From an uncultured Gammaproteobacteria bacterium (lineage in GTDB: Bacteria; Pseudomonadota; Gammaproteobacteria; CAWCPV01), in contig CAWCPV010000004.1 of assembly GCA_963797555.1 (NCBI GenBank), positions 288,001 to 352,000 of the forward strand: a DNA stretch of 64,000 nucleotides. Direction: 5' to 3'. Numbering within the stretch: the first letter of the stretch is position 1; the number at the start of each line of letters is the position of its first letter. Positions 45,926 through 57,706 of this stretch are shown piece after piece. Below the pieces are notes generated by a model. That model ran no database searches, had not been told where the DNA came from, and saw nothing but the letters and a program-made list of their open reading frames with translations. A program made the position numbers and the translations under genes.

Positions 45926-46680
45926 AACTTGTAACCCCGATGCAGCGCTACGATTCCTCCGCTCAGGTTGAAGTAGTCGCAGCGCTCCAGGCCAGCCGCC
46001 TCCATCATAGCTTTCAAGGTCTCCTGGTCCGGGTGCATGCGGATCGACTCCGCGAGATAGCGATAGCTGGTGGTATCGCCTGCGACCACCCGTCCGAGCA
46101 GCGGGAGCACGGAGAACGAATACAGGTCGTACAAGGGGCGCAGCGGTCGCCCGGGCTGGGAGAACTCCAGTACCAGTAGGCGCCCGCCAGGTCGCAGCAC
46201 GCGGTGCATGCAAGCCAGTGCCCGCGGCTGATCCGTAACGTTGCGCAGCCCGAAGGCGATGCTGACACAGTCGAAAGTTCCTTCCGGGAAGGGAAGACTT
46301 TCCGCGTCCGCTTGCACGTACCGGACATTGCCGACGATACCCCGATCGGCGAGTCGGTTTCTGCCGCGTGCCAGCATGGCAGCGTTGACATCGGTCAGCA
46401 CCACGCAGCCGGTCTCCCCAACGCGCTGGGCGAAGCGGGCGCTCAGATCTCCCGTGCCCCCGGCCAAGTCGAGGATGCGGTCTCCCTGCCCCACGCTGCT
46501 CGCCGCGACGGCATAGCGCTTCCACAGCCGGTGGACGCCGAAGGACATGAGGTCATTCATCAGGTCGTAACGGTCGACCACCGAATCGAACACTGCGGCG
46601 ACCTTGCGGGCTTTCTCCTTGGTGTTAACCTCGGTGAACCCGAAGTGGGTGGTCTTGCCCGGCTCGGGCATCGAGCGCAT
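45922..46680 (-). CDS. ubiE: Ubiquinone/menaquinone C-methyltransferase
   Basis: [49 protein letters not shown]. Confidence 0.97.
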   Translation of the reverse strand: MRSMPEPGKTTHFGFTEVNTKEKARKVAAVFDSVVDRYDLMNDLMSFGVHRLWKRYAVAASSVGQGDRILDLAGGTGDLSARFAQRVGETGCVVLTDVNAAMLARGRNRLADRGIVGNVRYVQADAESLPFPEGTFDCVSIAFGLRNVTDQPRALACMHRVLRPGGRLLVLEFSQPGRPLRPLYDLYSFSVLPLLGRVVAGDTTSYRYLAESIRMHPDQETLKAMMEAAGLERCDYFNLSGGIVALHRGYKL

Positions 46681-46691
46681 CCCCCTGGAAC

Positions 46692-47078
46692 TTATGCGAG
46701 GCCGCCGTCGGGCAGCTTGCGTTTGTAACCTGCCTCCTGCAGCCGCTCCAGATAGCGGTCCCAAAGCTCGTCCCGATGCGTGCCCAGGTAATACAGATGT
46801 TGCCAGGAGTAAATACCGGTATTGTGCCCGTCATCGAATTGCAGCACCACCGCGTAGTTTCCCACCGGTTCGATGCTCGTGATATTCACGTTCTCCTTGC
46901 CGAGCTGCAGCACCTCTTGGCCGGGTCCGTGTCCACGCACCTCGGCGGAGGGCGAATACACGCGAAGGTACTCGCAGGGCAAGTGGAAGCGTGAACCGTT
47001 ATCGAATGCGACCTCCAGGGTGCGCGATTTCTGATGGAGGCTAATCTCGGTAGGGGTGGGAGTCTGCTCGGCTGTCAT
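46692..47078 (-). CDS. DUF971 (GBBH-like N-terminal) protein
   Basis: [23 protein letters not shown]...[12 protein letters not shown]. Confidence 0.92.
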   Translation of the reverse strand: MTAEQTPTPTEISLHQKSRTLEVAFDNGSRFHLPCEYLRVYSPSAEVRGHGPGQEVLQLGKENVNITSIEPVGNYAVVLQFDDGHNTGIYSWQHLYYLGTHRDELWDRYLERLQEAGYKRKLPDGGLA

Positions 47079-47144
47079 GTCGCTTCGGACCTCGTGCGCA
47101 ACGGGAGGCGGGCACGGTGCAGCCCACCTGGTCCCCCGTGGATT

Positions 47145-48476
47145 CTACAGGATGTACCGGCTGAGATCCTCGTCCTTTGCCAACTCGCCCACATGCTCGT
47201 CGACATAGCCGGAGTCGACTGCGATTGTGCGCCCGGGCGAGTCGGGAGCCTCGAAGGATACCGTCTCGAGCAGACGCTCCAGCACGGTGTGTAAGCGCCT
47301 TGCACCGATGTTCTCAGTGCGCTCGTTGACCTGCCACGCGATCTCCGCGATGCGCCGAATCCCGTCAGGAGAGAACTCCACTGTCACCCCCTCGGTGGCG
47401 AGCAATGCCCGGTACTGTTCGGTCAGAGACTCATCCGGCTCGGTCAGGATGCGCACGAAATCCTCGACCGTCAGAGAGTCCAGCTCGACGCGGATGGGCA
47501 AACGCCCCTGGAGCTCAGGAATCAGGTCGGAAGGCTTCGCCAAGTGGAACGCCCCGGAGGCGATGAACAGAATATGGTCGGTTTTGACCGTGCCGTAGCG
47601 CGTAGACACGGTGCAGCCTTCTACCAGCGGCAGCAGGTCGCGCTGCACTCCTTCGCGAGACACATCGGGGCCGCCGTATTCCGAGCGCTGCGCCACCTTG
47701 TCGATCTCGTCGATGAATACGATGGCGCTCTGCTCCACGCTCTCGAGGGCTCGCATCTTGAGATTGTCCTCGTTGATCAGGCGTCCTGCCTCCTCATCGC
47801 GCAGCAGCTTCCGGGCATCCCGAATGCGCAGGCGCCGGCGCCGGGTCCGACCCCCCGCCAGGTTTTGCAACATGCTCTGAAGCTGGCTGGTCATTTCCTC
47901 CATGCCGGGCGGTGCCATGATCTCCACTCCGATGGAGGCCATGGCGACGTCGATCTCGATCTCACGGTCGTCGAGCTCACCGCCGCGTAACCGCTTCCGG
48001 AGCTTCTGACGTGTGCTGGACTCCTCGGCGGGAGTGGTTGCGCCGGACGTGATATCCAGCCTCGCGTGCGGCAGCAGGGCGTCTAGGATGCGCTCCTCGG
48101 CCGCGTGCTCCGCTCGCGAGCCGACCTTCCCGATCTCTTCCTCCCGCAGCATCTTAATGGCAGCATCCATCAGGTCGCGGATGATGGAGTCCACATCCCG
48201 GCCCACATAGCCCACCTCAGTGAATTTCGTGGCTTCCACCTTGATGAAAGGGGCGTTGGCCAGTCGCGCCAGGCGCCGCGCGATTTCGGTCTTGCCGACG
48301 CCGGTCGGGCCGATCATCAGGATGTTCTTCGGGGTGATCTCGGCGCGCAAGCGCTCCTCGAGTTGGGAGCGGCGCCAGCGGTTGCGCAGTGCGATAGCAA
48401 CAGCCCGTTTGGCAGGACCTTGCCCAATGATGTGCTTGTCGAGCTCGAGAACAATCTTGCGGGGTGTCATCGTCAT
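47145..48476 (-). CDS. hslU: ATP-dependent protease ATPase subunit HslU
   Basis: [38 protein letters not shown]. Confidence 0.98.
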   Translation of the reverse strand: MTMTPRKIVLELDKHIIGQGPAKRAVAIALRNRWRRSQLEERLRAEITPKNILMIGPTGVGKTEIARRLARLANAPFIKVEATKFTEVGYVGRDVDSIIRDLMDAAIKMLREEEIGKVGSRAEHAAEERILDALLPHARLDITSGATTPAEESSTRQKLRKRLRGGELDDREIEIDVAMASIGVEIMAPPGMEEMTSQLQSMLQNLAGGRTRRRRLRIRDARKLLRDEEAGRLINEDNLKMRALESVEQSAIVFIDEIDKVAQRSEYGGPDVSREGVQRDLLPLVEGCTVSTRYGTVKTDHILFIASGAFHLAKPSDLIPELQGRLPIRVELDSLTVEDFVRILTEPDESLTEQYRALLATEGVTVEFSPDGIRRIAEIAWQVNERTENIGARRLHTVLERLLETVSFEAPDSPGRTIAVDSGYVDEHVGELAKDEDLSRYIL

Positions 48477-48494
48477 GGCACGAGACCGCTCTCC

Positions 48495-49043
48495 TCAGGA
48501 GCTTGCCGCGGACAGCTCTAGGACGGTGCGTTGGTGATTGGTATAGATGCAGATATCGGCCGCAATGGCGAGTGATTTCTCCACGATGTGCCGAGCCTCG
48601 AGCTGGGTGTTCTCCAGCAGCGCCCGCGCCGCTGCCTGCGCGTAGAAGCCGCCAGACCCGATGGCCATCAGGGGATGCTCCGGCTCGATGACGTCACCGT
48701 TTCCGGAAATGATCAACGATGCTTGGCCGTCGGCGACCGTCAGCAGGGCTTCCAAGCGGCGCAGCAAACGATCGGTGCGCCAGTCCTTGGCGAGCTCCAC
48801 GGCGGCCCGTGTCAGGTTGCCATGATGTTGTTCCAACTTTGCCTCGAACCGCTCGAACAGCGTGAAGGCGTCGGCCGTCCCACCAGCGAATCCCGCGATG
48901 ACCTGATCGTGATAAAGGCGACGGACCTTGCGGGCGTTTCCTTTGACGATGGCGTTCCCGAAGGAGACCTGCCCATCGGCGCCCATGACCACCTTGCCAT
49001 TGCGGCGGACGCAGAGGACGGTCGTGCCGTGGGCGTCTTGCAT
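48495..49043 (-). CDS. hslV: Protease subunit HslV
   Basis: [33 protein letters not shown]. Confidence 0.97.
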   Translation of the reverse strand: MQDAHGTTVLCVRRNGKVVMGADGQVSFGNAIVKGNARKVRRLYHDQVIAGFAGGTADAFTLFERFEAKLEQHHGNLTRAAVELAKDWRTDRLLRRLEALLTVADGQASLIISGNGDVIEPEHPLMAIGSGGFYAQAAARALLENTQLEARHIVEKSLAIAADICIYTNHQRTVLELSAASS

Positions 49044-49214
49044 GCGCGGTCCAATCGAGGAGGGGTAAAGCCGGGCGAGTTCGGTTACAGAGAACAATCG
49101 TGCATGATAGACGATTATACACGAGGCCCGAGCCGCTCTACGGCGAGGCGGACTGCATGGTGTGCGTGGCTGGGCCGGAGTTCACGGGGGTGCGTGAGCC
49201 GTGACCGGCGCCGC

Positions 49215-50609
49215 CTACTGCTTTTCCATGCCCAGTTCCTTGAGTTTCCGGGTGAGCGTGTTCCGGCCGCAGCCGAGCAGGCGCGCGGCCTCTTGGCGGC
49301 GGCCCCCGGTGTGCTGCAGGGCGGTCTCGATCAGGGTCTGTTCGAATTCGGGGCCGGCACGTTCCATGAGGCCCGTCTCCCCCCGCGCCAGATGTTGCTC
49401 GGCCCAGTGCTTGAGGGCGTTCTGCCACTCCGTAGTCTCCTCGATTTCTGGGTCGCTGCTTCTGAGTTCCAGGGGCAGGTCCTCCTCGTGGATGATTTGC
49501 CCCGGAGCCATGACCATGAGCCACCGGCAAGTGTTCTCGAGTTGTCGCACGTTCCCTGGCCAATGCAACGATGCGAGAGAGGCTTCCGTGTCCGGTGCGA
49601 GGGTCTTGGGCTCGACGTTCAGCTCGCGTGCCGCTTTGGCGAGGAAGTGGCGTGCCAACTGCGGAATGTCCTCCCGACGCTGCCGCAGGGCGGGCAGGTG
49701 AACGCGGATGACGTTCAGACGATGAAACAGGTCCTCGCGGAAGCCGCCTTCCTGCACGCGGCGCTCCAAGGCTTGGTGCGTCGCGGCGATGATGCGTACA
49801 TCCACTTTGATAGGTGTGTGCCCGCCTACGCGGTAGAAATCGCCTTCCGCCAGCACACGCAGTAGACGGGTCTGTAGCTCCATGGGCATGTCGCCGATCT
49901 CGTCGAGGAACAGGGTACCGCCGTCCGCTTGTTCGAAACGTCCGCGTCGCGTCTGATGGGCGCCTGTGAACGCGCCCCGTTCGTGCCCGAAGAGCTCTGA
50001 CTCCAGGAGATCCCGCGGGATGGCGGCGGCGTTCAAGGCGATGAACGGCCCTTGCGCCCGCGGGCTGTGACGATGGAGGGCTCGGGCGACGAGCTCCTTT
50101 CCGGTGCCCGACTCGCCCGTGATCAGCACCGTGATGTTCGATCGTGACAGGCGGCCGATGGCCCGAAAGACCTCTTGCATGGCGGGTGCTTCGCCGATTA
50201 TCTCCGGTGCAGCGGGCGTTTCTGCAGCGGCGACCGCCTCTCCGCGCCTCTGCTGTACGGCACGCCGGACCAACTCGACGGCCTCGTCCACATCGAAGGG
50301 CTTCGGCAGATACTCGAAGGCACCGCCCCGAAACGCCGCCACCGCCGCTTCGAGGTCCGAGTGTGCGGTGATGATGATGACGGGGATGTCCGGATGGTGT
50401 GCGCGAATTCGTTCCAGCAGTTCCAGGCCGCCCATTCCGGGCATGCGGATGTCGGTGATGACGACATCTGGACGGCCGTCGTCCAGAGCATCCATGACCC
50501 CCGTCGCGCTCGCGAATGGTGTGACCTCCATATCCGCCTGACGCAGTGCCTTCTGGAGTACCCAGCGGATGGAGCGGTCATCGTCGATGACCCAGACACG
50601 CTCCTTCAT
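49215..50609 (-). CDS. glnG: Nitrogen regulation response regulator NtrC
   Basis: REC domain, [30 protein letters not shown]. Confidence 0.97.
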   Translation of the reverse strand: MKERVWVIDDDRSIRWVLQKALRQADMEVTPFASATGVMDALDDGRPDVVITDIRMPGMGGLELLERIRAHHPDIPVIIITAHSDLEAAVAAFRGGAFEYLPKPFDVDEAVELVRRAVQQRRGEAVAAAETPAAPEIIGEAPAMQEVFRAIGRLSRSNITVLITGESGTGKELVARALHRHSPRAQGPFIALNAAAIPRDLLESELFGHERGAFTGAHQTRRGRFEQADGGTLFLDEIGDMPMELQTRLLRVLAEGDFYRVGGHTPIKVDVRIIAATHQALERRVQEGGFREDLFHRLNVIRVHLPALRQRREDIPQLARHFLAKAARELNVEPKTLAPDTEASLASLHWPGNVRQLENTCRWLMVMAPGQIIHEEDLPLELRSSDPEIEETTEWQNALKHWAEQHLARGETGLMERAGPEFEQTLIETALQHTGGRRQEAARLLGCGRNTLTRKLKELGMEKQ

Positions 50610-51661
50610 GATGTGATCTCCACAGGGAGTAGTAAGGTAAAGGTGGTCTCCCCGGGGCGGCTGAAGCACTCGATGAGGCCGCCGTGTTGCTTGATCAGCG
50701 CCTGGGCGATGGTAAGACCGAGACCGGTCCCCTCGGCGCGCCCCGTCACCATCGGGTAAAAGATGTGTTCCAGCGAGTCCGGCGGGATGCCGGGGCCGTT
50801 GTCGGTGATATCGATTCGGGCGACTAGCCGGTGGTGTTGCTGTCCGATGGTATAGTGCCTAATGATGCGCGTCCGAAACCCGACCACCCCTGAGCCGTCG
50901 ACCGCCTGGACGGCATTGCGGGCAACGTTGAGTACGGCTTGTATGAGCTGTTCGGGGTCGCCCTGGCATTCCGGGATGCTGGGGTCGTAGTCGGTGGTGA
51001 TGGTGACCCCACCCGGGATCTCGGCTTCCAGCAGTTGGCGCACACGCTCTACCACTTCGTGGAGGTTCAGGGGACGCTTGCGTGTCGGCGTCCGCGGACT
51101 GAGCATGCGGTCCACGAGATTGCGTAGCCGGTCCGCCTCGTCGATGATGATCCGGGTGTATTCGCGCAGGGATGCGTCCGGAAGCTCCTTTTGCAGAAGC
51201 TGCGCCGCGCCCCGGATGCCTCCCAATGGGTTCTTGATCTCGTGGGCGAGGCCCCGGAGCAGAGCATGCATCGCACCCTGCTGAGCCAGCAGATGCTCTT
51301 CGCGGGCTATGCGCAGTTGCCGGTCCACTTGCAGAAGCTCGACGACTAGGCTCCGTTCGTGCTGTCCTTCCATGATGGGAGTCACCGTGCAGTCCACAGT
51401 GAGCTGCCGCTCGCCAGGCAATCGGAGTTGCCGCTCCCGCTCTGTATAGGGGTGCCCATTTTGCAGCGCGCGTTCTAGGGGTTCGCCGAAGCACGGCTCA
51501 CCGGGAGCTAAGGAACGAACTGGCTGTCCCGCGACATAACGCGCGCTCGTTGCGAACATCACTTCCGCAGCCGCATTCATATAGACCAGGTGAAGGTGTT
51601 CGTCGAGGACCAGAATAGCCGTGCTCAAATTCTCGACGATGCGCCTAAAGTCCGAGGTCAT
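50606..51661 (-). CDS. glnL: Nitrogen regulation sensor kinase NtrB
   Basis: PAS domain, LAHEIKNPLGGIRGAAQLL, DYDPSIP, DNGPGIP, GTGLGL. Confidence 0.97.
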   Translation of the reverse strand: MTSDFRRIVENLSTAILVLDEHLHLVYMNAAAEVMFATSARYVAGQPVRSLAPGEPCFGEPLERALQNGHPYTERERQLRLPGERQLTVDCTVTPIMEGQHERSLVVELLQVDRQLRIAREEHLLAQQGAMHALLRGLAHEIKNPLGGIRGAAQLLQKELPDASLREYTRIIIDEADRLRNLVDRMLSPRTPTRKRPLNLHEVVERVRQLLEAEIPGGVTITTDYDPSIPECQGDPEQLIQAVLNVARNAVQAVDGSGVVGFRTRIIRHYTIGQQHHRLVARIDITDNGPGIPPDSLEHIFYPMVTGRAEGTGLGLTIAQALIKQHGGLIECFSRPGETTFTLLLPVEITS

Positions 51662-51690
51662 TTGCTCGACCCTCCCCGCCCCAAGCAGCA

Positions 51691-51706
51691 AGCAAAAGCC
51701 GTACCC
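51691..51706 (-). promoter_or_regulatory. Sigma-54 promoter for ntrBC
   Basis: GGGTACGGCTTTTGCT has GG-N10-GC spacing. Confidence 0.65.
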
Positions 51707-51768
51707 GCTCCTGGGTCTATGGTGGGGCGGGTGTCATGCTTGAACACGCACCGGTTCGGACAAAGCGA

Positions 51769-51785
51769 TGCACCATACTAGTGCA
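51769..51785. promoter_or_regulatory. NtrC binding site
   Basis: TGCACCATACTAGTGCA versus consensus TGCACCA-N3-TGGTGCA. Confidence 0.8.
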
Positions 51786-51804
51786 TGGGTGGCCGGCTCG
51801 GGGC

Positions 51805-52410
51805 TCAGCCAGCGACAGGGGGAGTCGTGCCCGGAGCTGAGCGAAAACCCTGGGAGGGAGCAGGGGACCGGTTTCCGGGCTGCGGCGCGATGAGCGAATG
51901 ATGTCGCATGTGAAAGGTAACTGGCGAGGACTGGATCAACGTGTTGCCGTGGTTGTCCTCGATTTTCACCTGCAGAGAGTGGGTGCCCCGATAGACCGGA
52001 GCGATCTGGAACGAGTTGGCGCGGAAAGTGGCGTCGAGAACTTTGCCGTCGAGCGTTACCACCACCTTGTCGCCGGCGGTCGCCTTGAGGGGCGGATCCA
52101 TCTTGAGCTTGACCGGTAAGGTATCCTGGTCGCTCCACACGGTAGCATCGGGCGCAGGGATGAGCACTTGGAGGTGCTCATACGCGTGTCCCTCCTGCTG
52201 AGGGCTCGGCGAAGCCGACTCCAACGGCCGGCTGGGCTTGGGCAATGGAGGCGGCTTGTATGTCGGTAGCGGCGGTACATCCAGCTTCTTGGCGCCCGGA
52301 TGAGGTTGGTTAGAGAACGTGATGGTACCGTCGGGTGCCACCCACTGGTAGATCTCCGCCCCAAACGCCGGGCAAACAGACCACAGAGCGAGCAGTATCG
52401 TGTATCTCAC
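51805..52410 (-). CDS. DUF4124 domain exported protein
   Basis: Signal peptide, then IYQWVAPDGTITFSNQP. Typical position between glnA and ntrB. Confidence 0.85.
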   Translation of the reverse strand: MRYTILLALWSVCPAFGAEIYQWVAPDGTITFSNQPHPGAKKLDVPPLPTYKPPPLPKPSRPLESASPSPQQEGHAYEHLQVLIPAPDATVWSDQDTLPVKLKMDPPLKATAGDKVVVTLDGKVLDATFRANSFQIAPVYRGTHSLQVKIEDNHGNTLIQSSPVTFHMRHHSLIAPQPGNRSPAPSQGFRSAPGTTPPVAG

Positions 52411-52463
52411 GAAGTCAGCATAACCGAGCGCGCCGAGCACAAACAAGCGGGCAAGCGGGAGGG

Positions 52464-52488
52464 GACGCCCCCTTTGCGGGGGCGCTCC
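52464..52488 (-). terminator. GC hairpin after glnA (weak U-tract)
   Basis: GGAGCGCCCCCGCAAAGGGGCGTCC. Confidence 0.4.
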
Positions 52489-52505
52489 GGCGCCCGGTGA
52501 TCAAG

Positions 52506-53918
52506 TCACAGGCTGTAGTACATGTCGAACTCGACAGGATGCGTGGTCATGCGCAGACGGGTGATGTCCTGCATCTTGAGAGCCATGTACGCGTCCAACA
52601 TGTCGTTGCTGAACACCCCGCCCGAGGTGAGGAAAGCCCGATCCTTGTCTAATATCTCCAGCGCCATGTCCAGGGCGTGACAGACGGTGGGGATCTCCTT
52701 TAGCTCTTCGGGAGGCAGGTCGTAGAGATCCTTGTCCATCGGGTCGCCGGGATGAATCTTGTTCATGATCCCGTCCAGCCCGGCCATCAGCATGGCCGCG
52801 AAGGAGAGATAGGGGTTGCCGGTGGCGTCCGGGAACCGTACCTCGATGCGGCGTCCCTTGGCGCTCGCGACATGGGGAATGCGGATGGAGGCGGAGCGGT
52901 TCCGCGCCGAGTAAGCGAGCAGTACCGGCGCCTCGAAGCCGGGCACCAAGCGCTTGTAGCTGTTCGTGCTCGCGTTGGTGATGGCGTTCAGCGCACGGGC
53001 GTGCTTCATGATGCCGCCGATGTAGTAAAGCGCCGTCTCGGACAGCCCAGCATAGAGGTTGCCGCTGAACAGGTTGACCCCGTCCTTGGACAAGGACTGG
53101 TGTACATGCATCCCGTTGCCGTTGTCGCCCACCAGCGGCTTCGGCATGAAGGTAGCTGTCTTTCCGTAGGACGCCGCGACGTTCATCACCGCGTACTTGA
53201 GGATCTGCAGCTCATCGGCCTTGCGGGTGAGGGTGTTGAATCGGGTACCGATCTCGTTCTGGCCAGCGGTTGCCACCTCGTGGTGATGTGTCTCCGGGTG
53301 CACCCCCATTTCCTGCATCGCCAGGCACATGGCGGAACGGATATCCTGCAGCGAGTCGACCGGAGGTACTGGGAAGTAGCCGCCCTTGATGGACGGACGG
53401 TGCCCCAAGTTGCCCCTGTCGAAGACCTTCTCCGAGTTCCAAGATGCCTCGTCGGAGTCCACCTTGCAGAAGGAGCCCTTGATGTCCGATCCCCAGCGTA
53501 CGTCATCGAAGATGAAGAATTCGGGCTCCGGGCCGTAGTAGGCGGCGTCCGCAATGCCCGTGGACTTCAAATAGGCCTCGGCGCGTTTGGCGAGCGAGCG
53601 CGGATCCCGATCGTAGCCCTGCATTGTCATCGGCTCAACGATGTCGCAGCGCAGAATAAGCGTGGGCTCCTCGAAAAAGGGGTCCATGACCGCACTGTCC
53701 AGATCTGGCATGAGGATCATGTCCGACTCGTGGATGCCTTTCCAACCAGCGATGGACGATCCGTCGAACATCTTCCCGTCGCGGAGCACATCCTCGTCTA
53801 CAGTGTCCGCTGGCACGGACACATGCTGCTCCTTGCCTCGGGTGTCCGTGAAGCGGAAGTCCACGAACTTTACATTCTTGTCGCTGATGGTCTGCAATAC
53901 TTCGGCTACAGACGACAT
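52506..53918 (-). CDS. glnA: Glutamine synthetase type I
   Basis: [49 protein letters not shown]. Confidence 0.98.
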   Translation of the reverse strand: MSSVAEVLQTISDKNVKFVDFRFTDTRGKEQHVSVPADTVDEDVLRDGKMFDGSSIAGWKGIHESDMILMPDLDSAVMDPFFEEPTLILRCDIVEPMTMQGYDRDPRSLAKRAEAYLKSTGIADAAYYGPEPEFFIFDDVRWGSDIKGSFCKVDSDEASWNSEKVFDRGNLGHRPSIKGGYFPVPPVDSLQDIRSAMCLAMQEMGVHPETHHHEVATAGQNEIGTRFNTLTRKADELQILKYAVMNVAASYGKTATFMPKPLVGDNGNGMHVHQSLSKDGVNLFSGNLYAGLSETALYYIGGIMKHARALNAITNASTNSYKRLVPGFEAPVLLAYSARNRSASIRIPHVASAKGRRIEVRFPDATGNPYLSFAAMLMAGLDGIMNKIHPGDPMDKDLYDLPPEELKEIPTVCHALDMALEILDKDRAFLTSGGVFSNDMLDAYMALKMQDITRLRMTTHPVEFDMYYSL

Positions 53919-53990
53919 AGTGCTATCTCCAGTGAGGTTGTGGCTGACGATGAACCAGAATGGAACGACCGCACCTTGAGCCCTTGCCCA

Positions 53991-54140
53991 TGCAAGGCAT
54001 GTACCAAATGCCATGGACTCGGGAAGCGGCGCGACTCAATGTTTCTGCGAAGATACTTGGGGAGCTGTGCACCACAGAAGCCCGGGCTGGCTTGATTATG
54101 CACAAGATAGGTAGGTGTCCCTAAGCGACAGGCCGGTGCA
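53991..54140 (-). promoter_or_regulatory. glnA sigma-54 promoter with upstream NtrC-like half sites
   Basis: TTGGTACATGCCTTGCA at 54007-53991; TGCACCA at 54068, TGCACAA at 54099, GGTGCA at 54135. Confidence 0.7.
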
Positions 54141-54178
54141 TGGAGCGGCGTATGGTTTCCGTAGAGCCCGCCGTGCGC

Positions 54179-54415
54179 TCATCCATCACCCCCGCCGATC
54201 TCGATGTGAATACCGAAGCCGTGCTCGTCGCGCCGCGTCTCCAGTATCCGATGCCCGTAAATGCGGCACCATGCCGGGATGTCGTGCAAGGCCCCCGGGT
54301 CGGTGCACAAAACCTCGATCCGGTCGCCTGGGTGGAGGCTCTTGACCCGGTCCTGAACTCGTATCACCGGGAGCGGACAAAGCAGGCGCCGCGCGTCCAC
54401 GCGTACGCAGGTCAT
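54179..54415 (-). CDS. TusA-family sulfur carrier
   Basis: DARRLLCPLP, TDPGALHDIPAWC. Confidence 0.9.
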   Translation of the reverse strand: MTCVRVDARRLLCPLPVIRVQDRVKSLHPGDRIEVLCTDPGALHDIPAWCRIYGHRILETRRDEHGFGIHIEIGGGDG

Positions 54416-55455
54416 AGGTACCACTCCTGCGGGATGGACTCCGCCGCCAGCGGCGTGACGTCGATCTCGTAGACTCGTCCGCCGTACGGTGCGACCTGCA
54501 CCCGCACGCTTTCGGCCGCACGCCCCTGGCTGAAGCGTGCGGTCACCCGTGCGGCCAACTCCAGATCGGTGGCGTCGGTTTGTCCTTCGACCAAGGTGAG
54601 CGGGCCCTTGTGGCTAAGCGGCAGGAGGTGAGTGAACTGATAACGGTAGCCCTCCAGAAAGCGGCTTTCCCCTTCCTCCCGAGCGACAATGAGCTTGAAG
54701 TGGGAGCGCGGCCGGAGGTGTCGACCCACCTTGAGCAGCATAATGTCGTCCAGCCCGTAGTCGCGCGTACCACGCGTTCTCCACAGGTCGGCTAGCTTGG
54801 CCGCATATGTCCGGTCCGTCAGGAAACAGCAGCCGCCGGCCGGCTGGGCGTAATCTGTGACGCCGAACTGAACGGCCAGTGCCATCTGAGGCTTACGGGA
54901 GCGCCCAGTGAAGGCGTGCAGACGGTCACGATCCACCCAGCCTTCCCGCTCAGGCAGAGTCATCGGGAGGCGCTTCGCGCACAAAGGACGCAGCAGCCGG
55001 TCGCCGGCTCCTGACTCGCGCGCCACAAGGGGCAACATGTCCTTGCGCTGCGACATGGGCCGCTGCCCAAGCACCTCGCCCGTGATGATGAAGTCGAAGT
55101 CATGTTCACACATCCATTGGTACGCCTTGGATACCATGAAGCTCTTGCAGTCGAGACATGGGTTAAGGTTGGCTCCATAGCCGTGTCTCGGGTTGAGCAC
55201 GATCTGCTTGTATGACTCGACCACGTCGCAGATGTGCAGCTTGATACCGAGATGCTCCGCGACCCACAGAGCATTGTTGCGTTTGGGTCGGCTACCGTGC
55301 CCCTTGCGGATGGCGTGCGTATGTCCCTCGACGCAGAAGCCCGTGAAGAAGTTCATGCCTTCCACTTGGACACCCTGTTCCATCACGACTTTCGCCGCGA
55401 GCATCGAATCCAGACCGCCTGAGATGAGAGCTATCGCTCTGGGTTGCCTGTGCAT
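54412..55455 (-). CDS. PP-loop tRNA thiouridylase-like protein (MnmA/ThiI-related)
   Basis: SGGLDS, NPCLDC, TGEVLGQRPMSQ, PAGGCCFLTD, GRHLR. Confidence 0.85.
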   Translation of the reverse strand: MHRQPRAIALISGGLDSMLAAKVVMEQGVQVEGMNFFTGFCVEGHTHAIRKGHGSRPKRNNALWVAEHLGIKLHICDVVESYKQIVLNPRHGYGANLNPCLDCKSFMVSKAYQWMCEHDFDFIITGEVLGQRPMSQRKDMLPLVARESGAGDRLLRPLCAKRLPMTLPEREGWVDRDRLHAFTGRSRKPQMALAVQFGVTDYAQPAGGCCFLTDRTYAAKLADLWRTRGTRDYGLDDIMLLKVGRHLRPRSHFKLIVAREEGESRFLEGYRYQFTHLLPLSHKGPLTLVEGQTDATDLELAARVTARFSQGRAAESVRVQVAPYGGRVYEIDVTPLAAESIPQEWYL

Positions 55456-56251
55456 CGCAAAGAGTGTCGGTGGTGTCCACCACGATCGATCCGTAACGGT
55501 TCAGTTTATCTCAGAAAGCACGGTATGCCATCCGCGGCCGCGAAGCTAAGGCCGGTTTTATGGTAGGGTGTATGTGGCAGGTCTACAGGTTCTGTCCTCC
55601 AACCGGAAGGTTTACTGTGTCCCGCCGAGGCGGCCGAGGATGTCGAGGGGAGAAAAGATGACGCATGGGTTGGGTCCGCCGCAGGAGCCCGAATCGCGCT
55701 CGTAACCTGCCTTGCAGGGTAAGCCCGACTCGTCCCCTCGGAGGTCAAACAAGGATCGGGCGATGCCGCGGTTTGGCCTGGCCGGGCGGCGGGGTTTCGC
55801 ACCGGTATGCCGTTTAGTTCATGAGCGAGCGGAGCCAGCAGGAGGAAGCGGAGGTCACCGGGCAGCGGATTGGAGGCACACCAGACGTTCTACGATGGCA
55901 ACCCGTATTAAGGAATCTTTGGTTCAGGCCGCTCCACCGCACGTTTCCCGAGGTTGCCCGTACGAAGGCTGCGCTGAGAGCGTTGGCATCCGCGGCGGGA
56001 GGACCCGTCGCCGGCGGTGTCAGTTGCCGTGGCGGCCCTCCGGACGCTGGGCCATGAATCGTGAAGGCGCGGGACCGAGCGCCAGGAGACTCCGGGCCGT
56101 AAACTCACCGGAGGGCCGCCACACGCTTGGCTGCGAAATGACCTGTCGCGGGTCGTGGCAGTTTGTGCCATGCGCACACAAGAGACGGCTTGGCCACGGA
56201 TTATGGTTCGCCGCTGGAGCCTATGTGCCATGGATCTGTCTTCTTGCAGCC

Positions 56252-56926
56252 ATGGCCCCTGTTCCTCTAGACGCTGCGCGTGGCGCGTCGTTCGGACGCG
56301 GTCTGGGTGCTGATATCGGGCTATGGGGCTGCCCTGCCGGAGTGGGACCCGCTTCCGCCTCCGAACCCGCCGTTCTGCTGCGAGCTTCCGGGCGGATCTA
56401 CCGATGGGTCGACGAGCGCGGTCTGCTGCATTTCAGTGACAGGCCTCCGCCGCCACCGCCGCCGCCTCCCGAGCCGGAACAGCCTGGCGCCGGGCCGTCG
56501 CCCGCAGTGCCCGGCGCAGCCGCGCCTGGTTCGGCGCAGCCGGCCCCAGCCGCCGCCGAACCGCCTGCGGGCCCGCCATCGCCCGAGGCTCCCAGCCTCG
56601 CAGTTCCCAGTCGGCCGGCGATGCCCGCCGCGCCCTTCGCACCGGCCGGACCAGACCAGGCGTCGTCCGCGGAGAAGCCCGGTCCTGGCGGAGCAGAGGC
56701 TGCACCGGCGGACATCACCGTCGGAATGACACGGATCCAGGTGATGCGCTTGTGGGGCAGGCCAGACCACATCTTGCGCGCGCCGGGGCCGCATGGCTCG
56801 GATGAGCAGTGGGTTTACGAAGAAGGTCCGCGGGTGACGCAGCGCATCGACCTCGCTGGCGGAAGGGTAGTAGGCGTCCAGACTCCGGACCTGAGGGCTC
56901 GGCGCGGCGACGCAAGTTCCCGATAG
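56252..56926 (+). CDS. DUF4124 domain, Pro-rich linker and SmpA/BamE-like C-terminal domain
   Basis: IYRWVDERGLLHFSDRP; ITVGMTRIQV..LWGRP...EQWVY. Start uncertain. Confidence 0.7.
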   Translation: MAPVPLDAARGASFGRGLGADIGLWGCPAGVGPASASEPAVLLRASGRIYRWVDERGLLHFSDRPPPPPPPPPEPEQPGAGPSPAVPGAAAPGSAQPAPAAAEPPAGPPSPEAPSLAVPSRPAMPAAPFAPAGPDQASSAEKPGPGGAEAAPADITVGMTRIQVMRLWGRPDHILRAPGPHGSDEQWVYEEGPRVTQRIDLAGGRVVGVQTPDLRARRGDASSR

Positions 56927-56985
56927 GAGCCGGTTGCTGGTGGCCAACTCGTTCAGGGCGACACACTGCAGGAGGTGCGCCTAGA

Positions 56986-57705
56986 GTGTGGATCTTGCGG
57001 CTCGTCCATCGCGTGATCTTCGCCGGGGTTGCGTGGGGCGTTGGAGGTGCGATGTTCGGGGCCGGCTTCGGCGCGTTGGCTCGTGAGGTCGGGGTGCCCC
57101 TCGCCGGAGCGCTGGCGGGTGCGCTGGTTGGGGCCGTCTACGGGGCTGGACAGGTCGTTGCGGTCGCCGCGGTAGCCGGGATTGCCGCATGGGTTGCCGG
57201 GCAGTACGCGGCGGCAGCCGATTGGGCCGTGATGTCGGCGATGGTGAGCGGCATGCTCGCTGGGATGCTTTTCGTGGTGCTAGGGATAGGAATCGGCGCG
57301 GCGACCCCGAAGGCCCTGGCGGGTGCGGCCGCAGGCGCCGTGGCGGGTCTGATGGTATGGGCTTTGACGCGGGCGGCGACGCCGGATGTGGCAACGACAT
57401 CCGCCTGGCTGGTAGTCATCGCGGGGGCACTATACCAACGCATCCTCGGCGCCGTGGCGGAACGAGTCGCGCGGCGGGCCCCTCAACTGGGCGTGGGTGC
57501 ATTGAATGGAGCGCTCGTCGGCCTTATTGTCGGCGGACTGGTCTGGAGTCTGGGCCGGAGCGATATCGGCCCCGCCAGAGAGGCTCTGACTCAAGCCATG
57601 TGTGGCGCGGCGGGGGGCGCCCTGGGAGGGGCTGCGGCGGGCGCCCTCCTGGTTCTGGTCGCGGCCCTGCGGCGCCGAGGAGAGCCGCAGCCGCCTCCCG
57701 TGTAG
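56986..57705 (+). CDS. Gly/Ala-rich polytopic membrane protein
   Basis: GGAGG RBS; several GxxxG helices. Confidence 0.7.
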   Translation: MWILRLVHRVIFAGVAWGVGGAMFGAGFGALAREVGVPLAGALAGALVGAVYGAGQVVAVAAVAGIAAWVAGQYAAAADWAVMSAMVSGMLAGMLFVVLGIGIGAATPKALAGAAAGAVAGLMVWALTRAATPDVATTSAWLVVIAGALYQRILGAVAERVARRAPQLGVGALNGALVGLIVGGLVWSLGRSDIGPAREALTQAMCGAAGGALGGAAAGALLVLVAALRRRGEPQPPPV

Positions 57706-57706
57706 G

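Noticed and set aside
55456-56250. Riboswitch or ncRNA in long intergenic gaps (also 60730-61400)
   Set aside because: No recognisable family motif by eye; an Rfam scan is needed.
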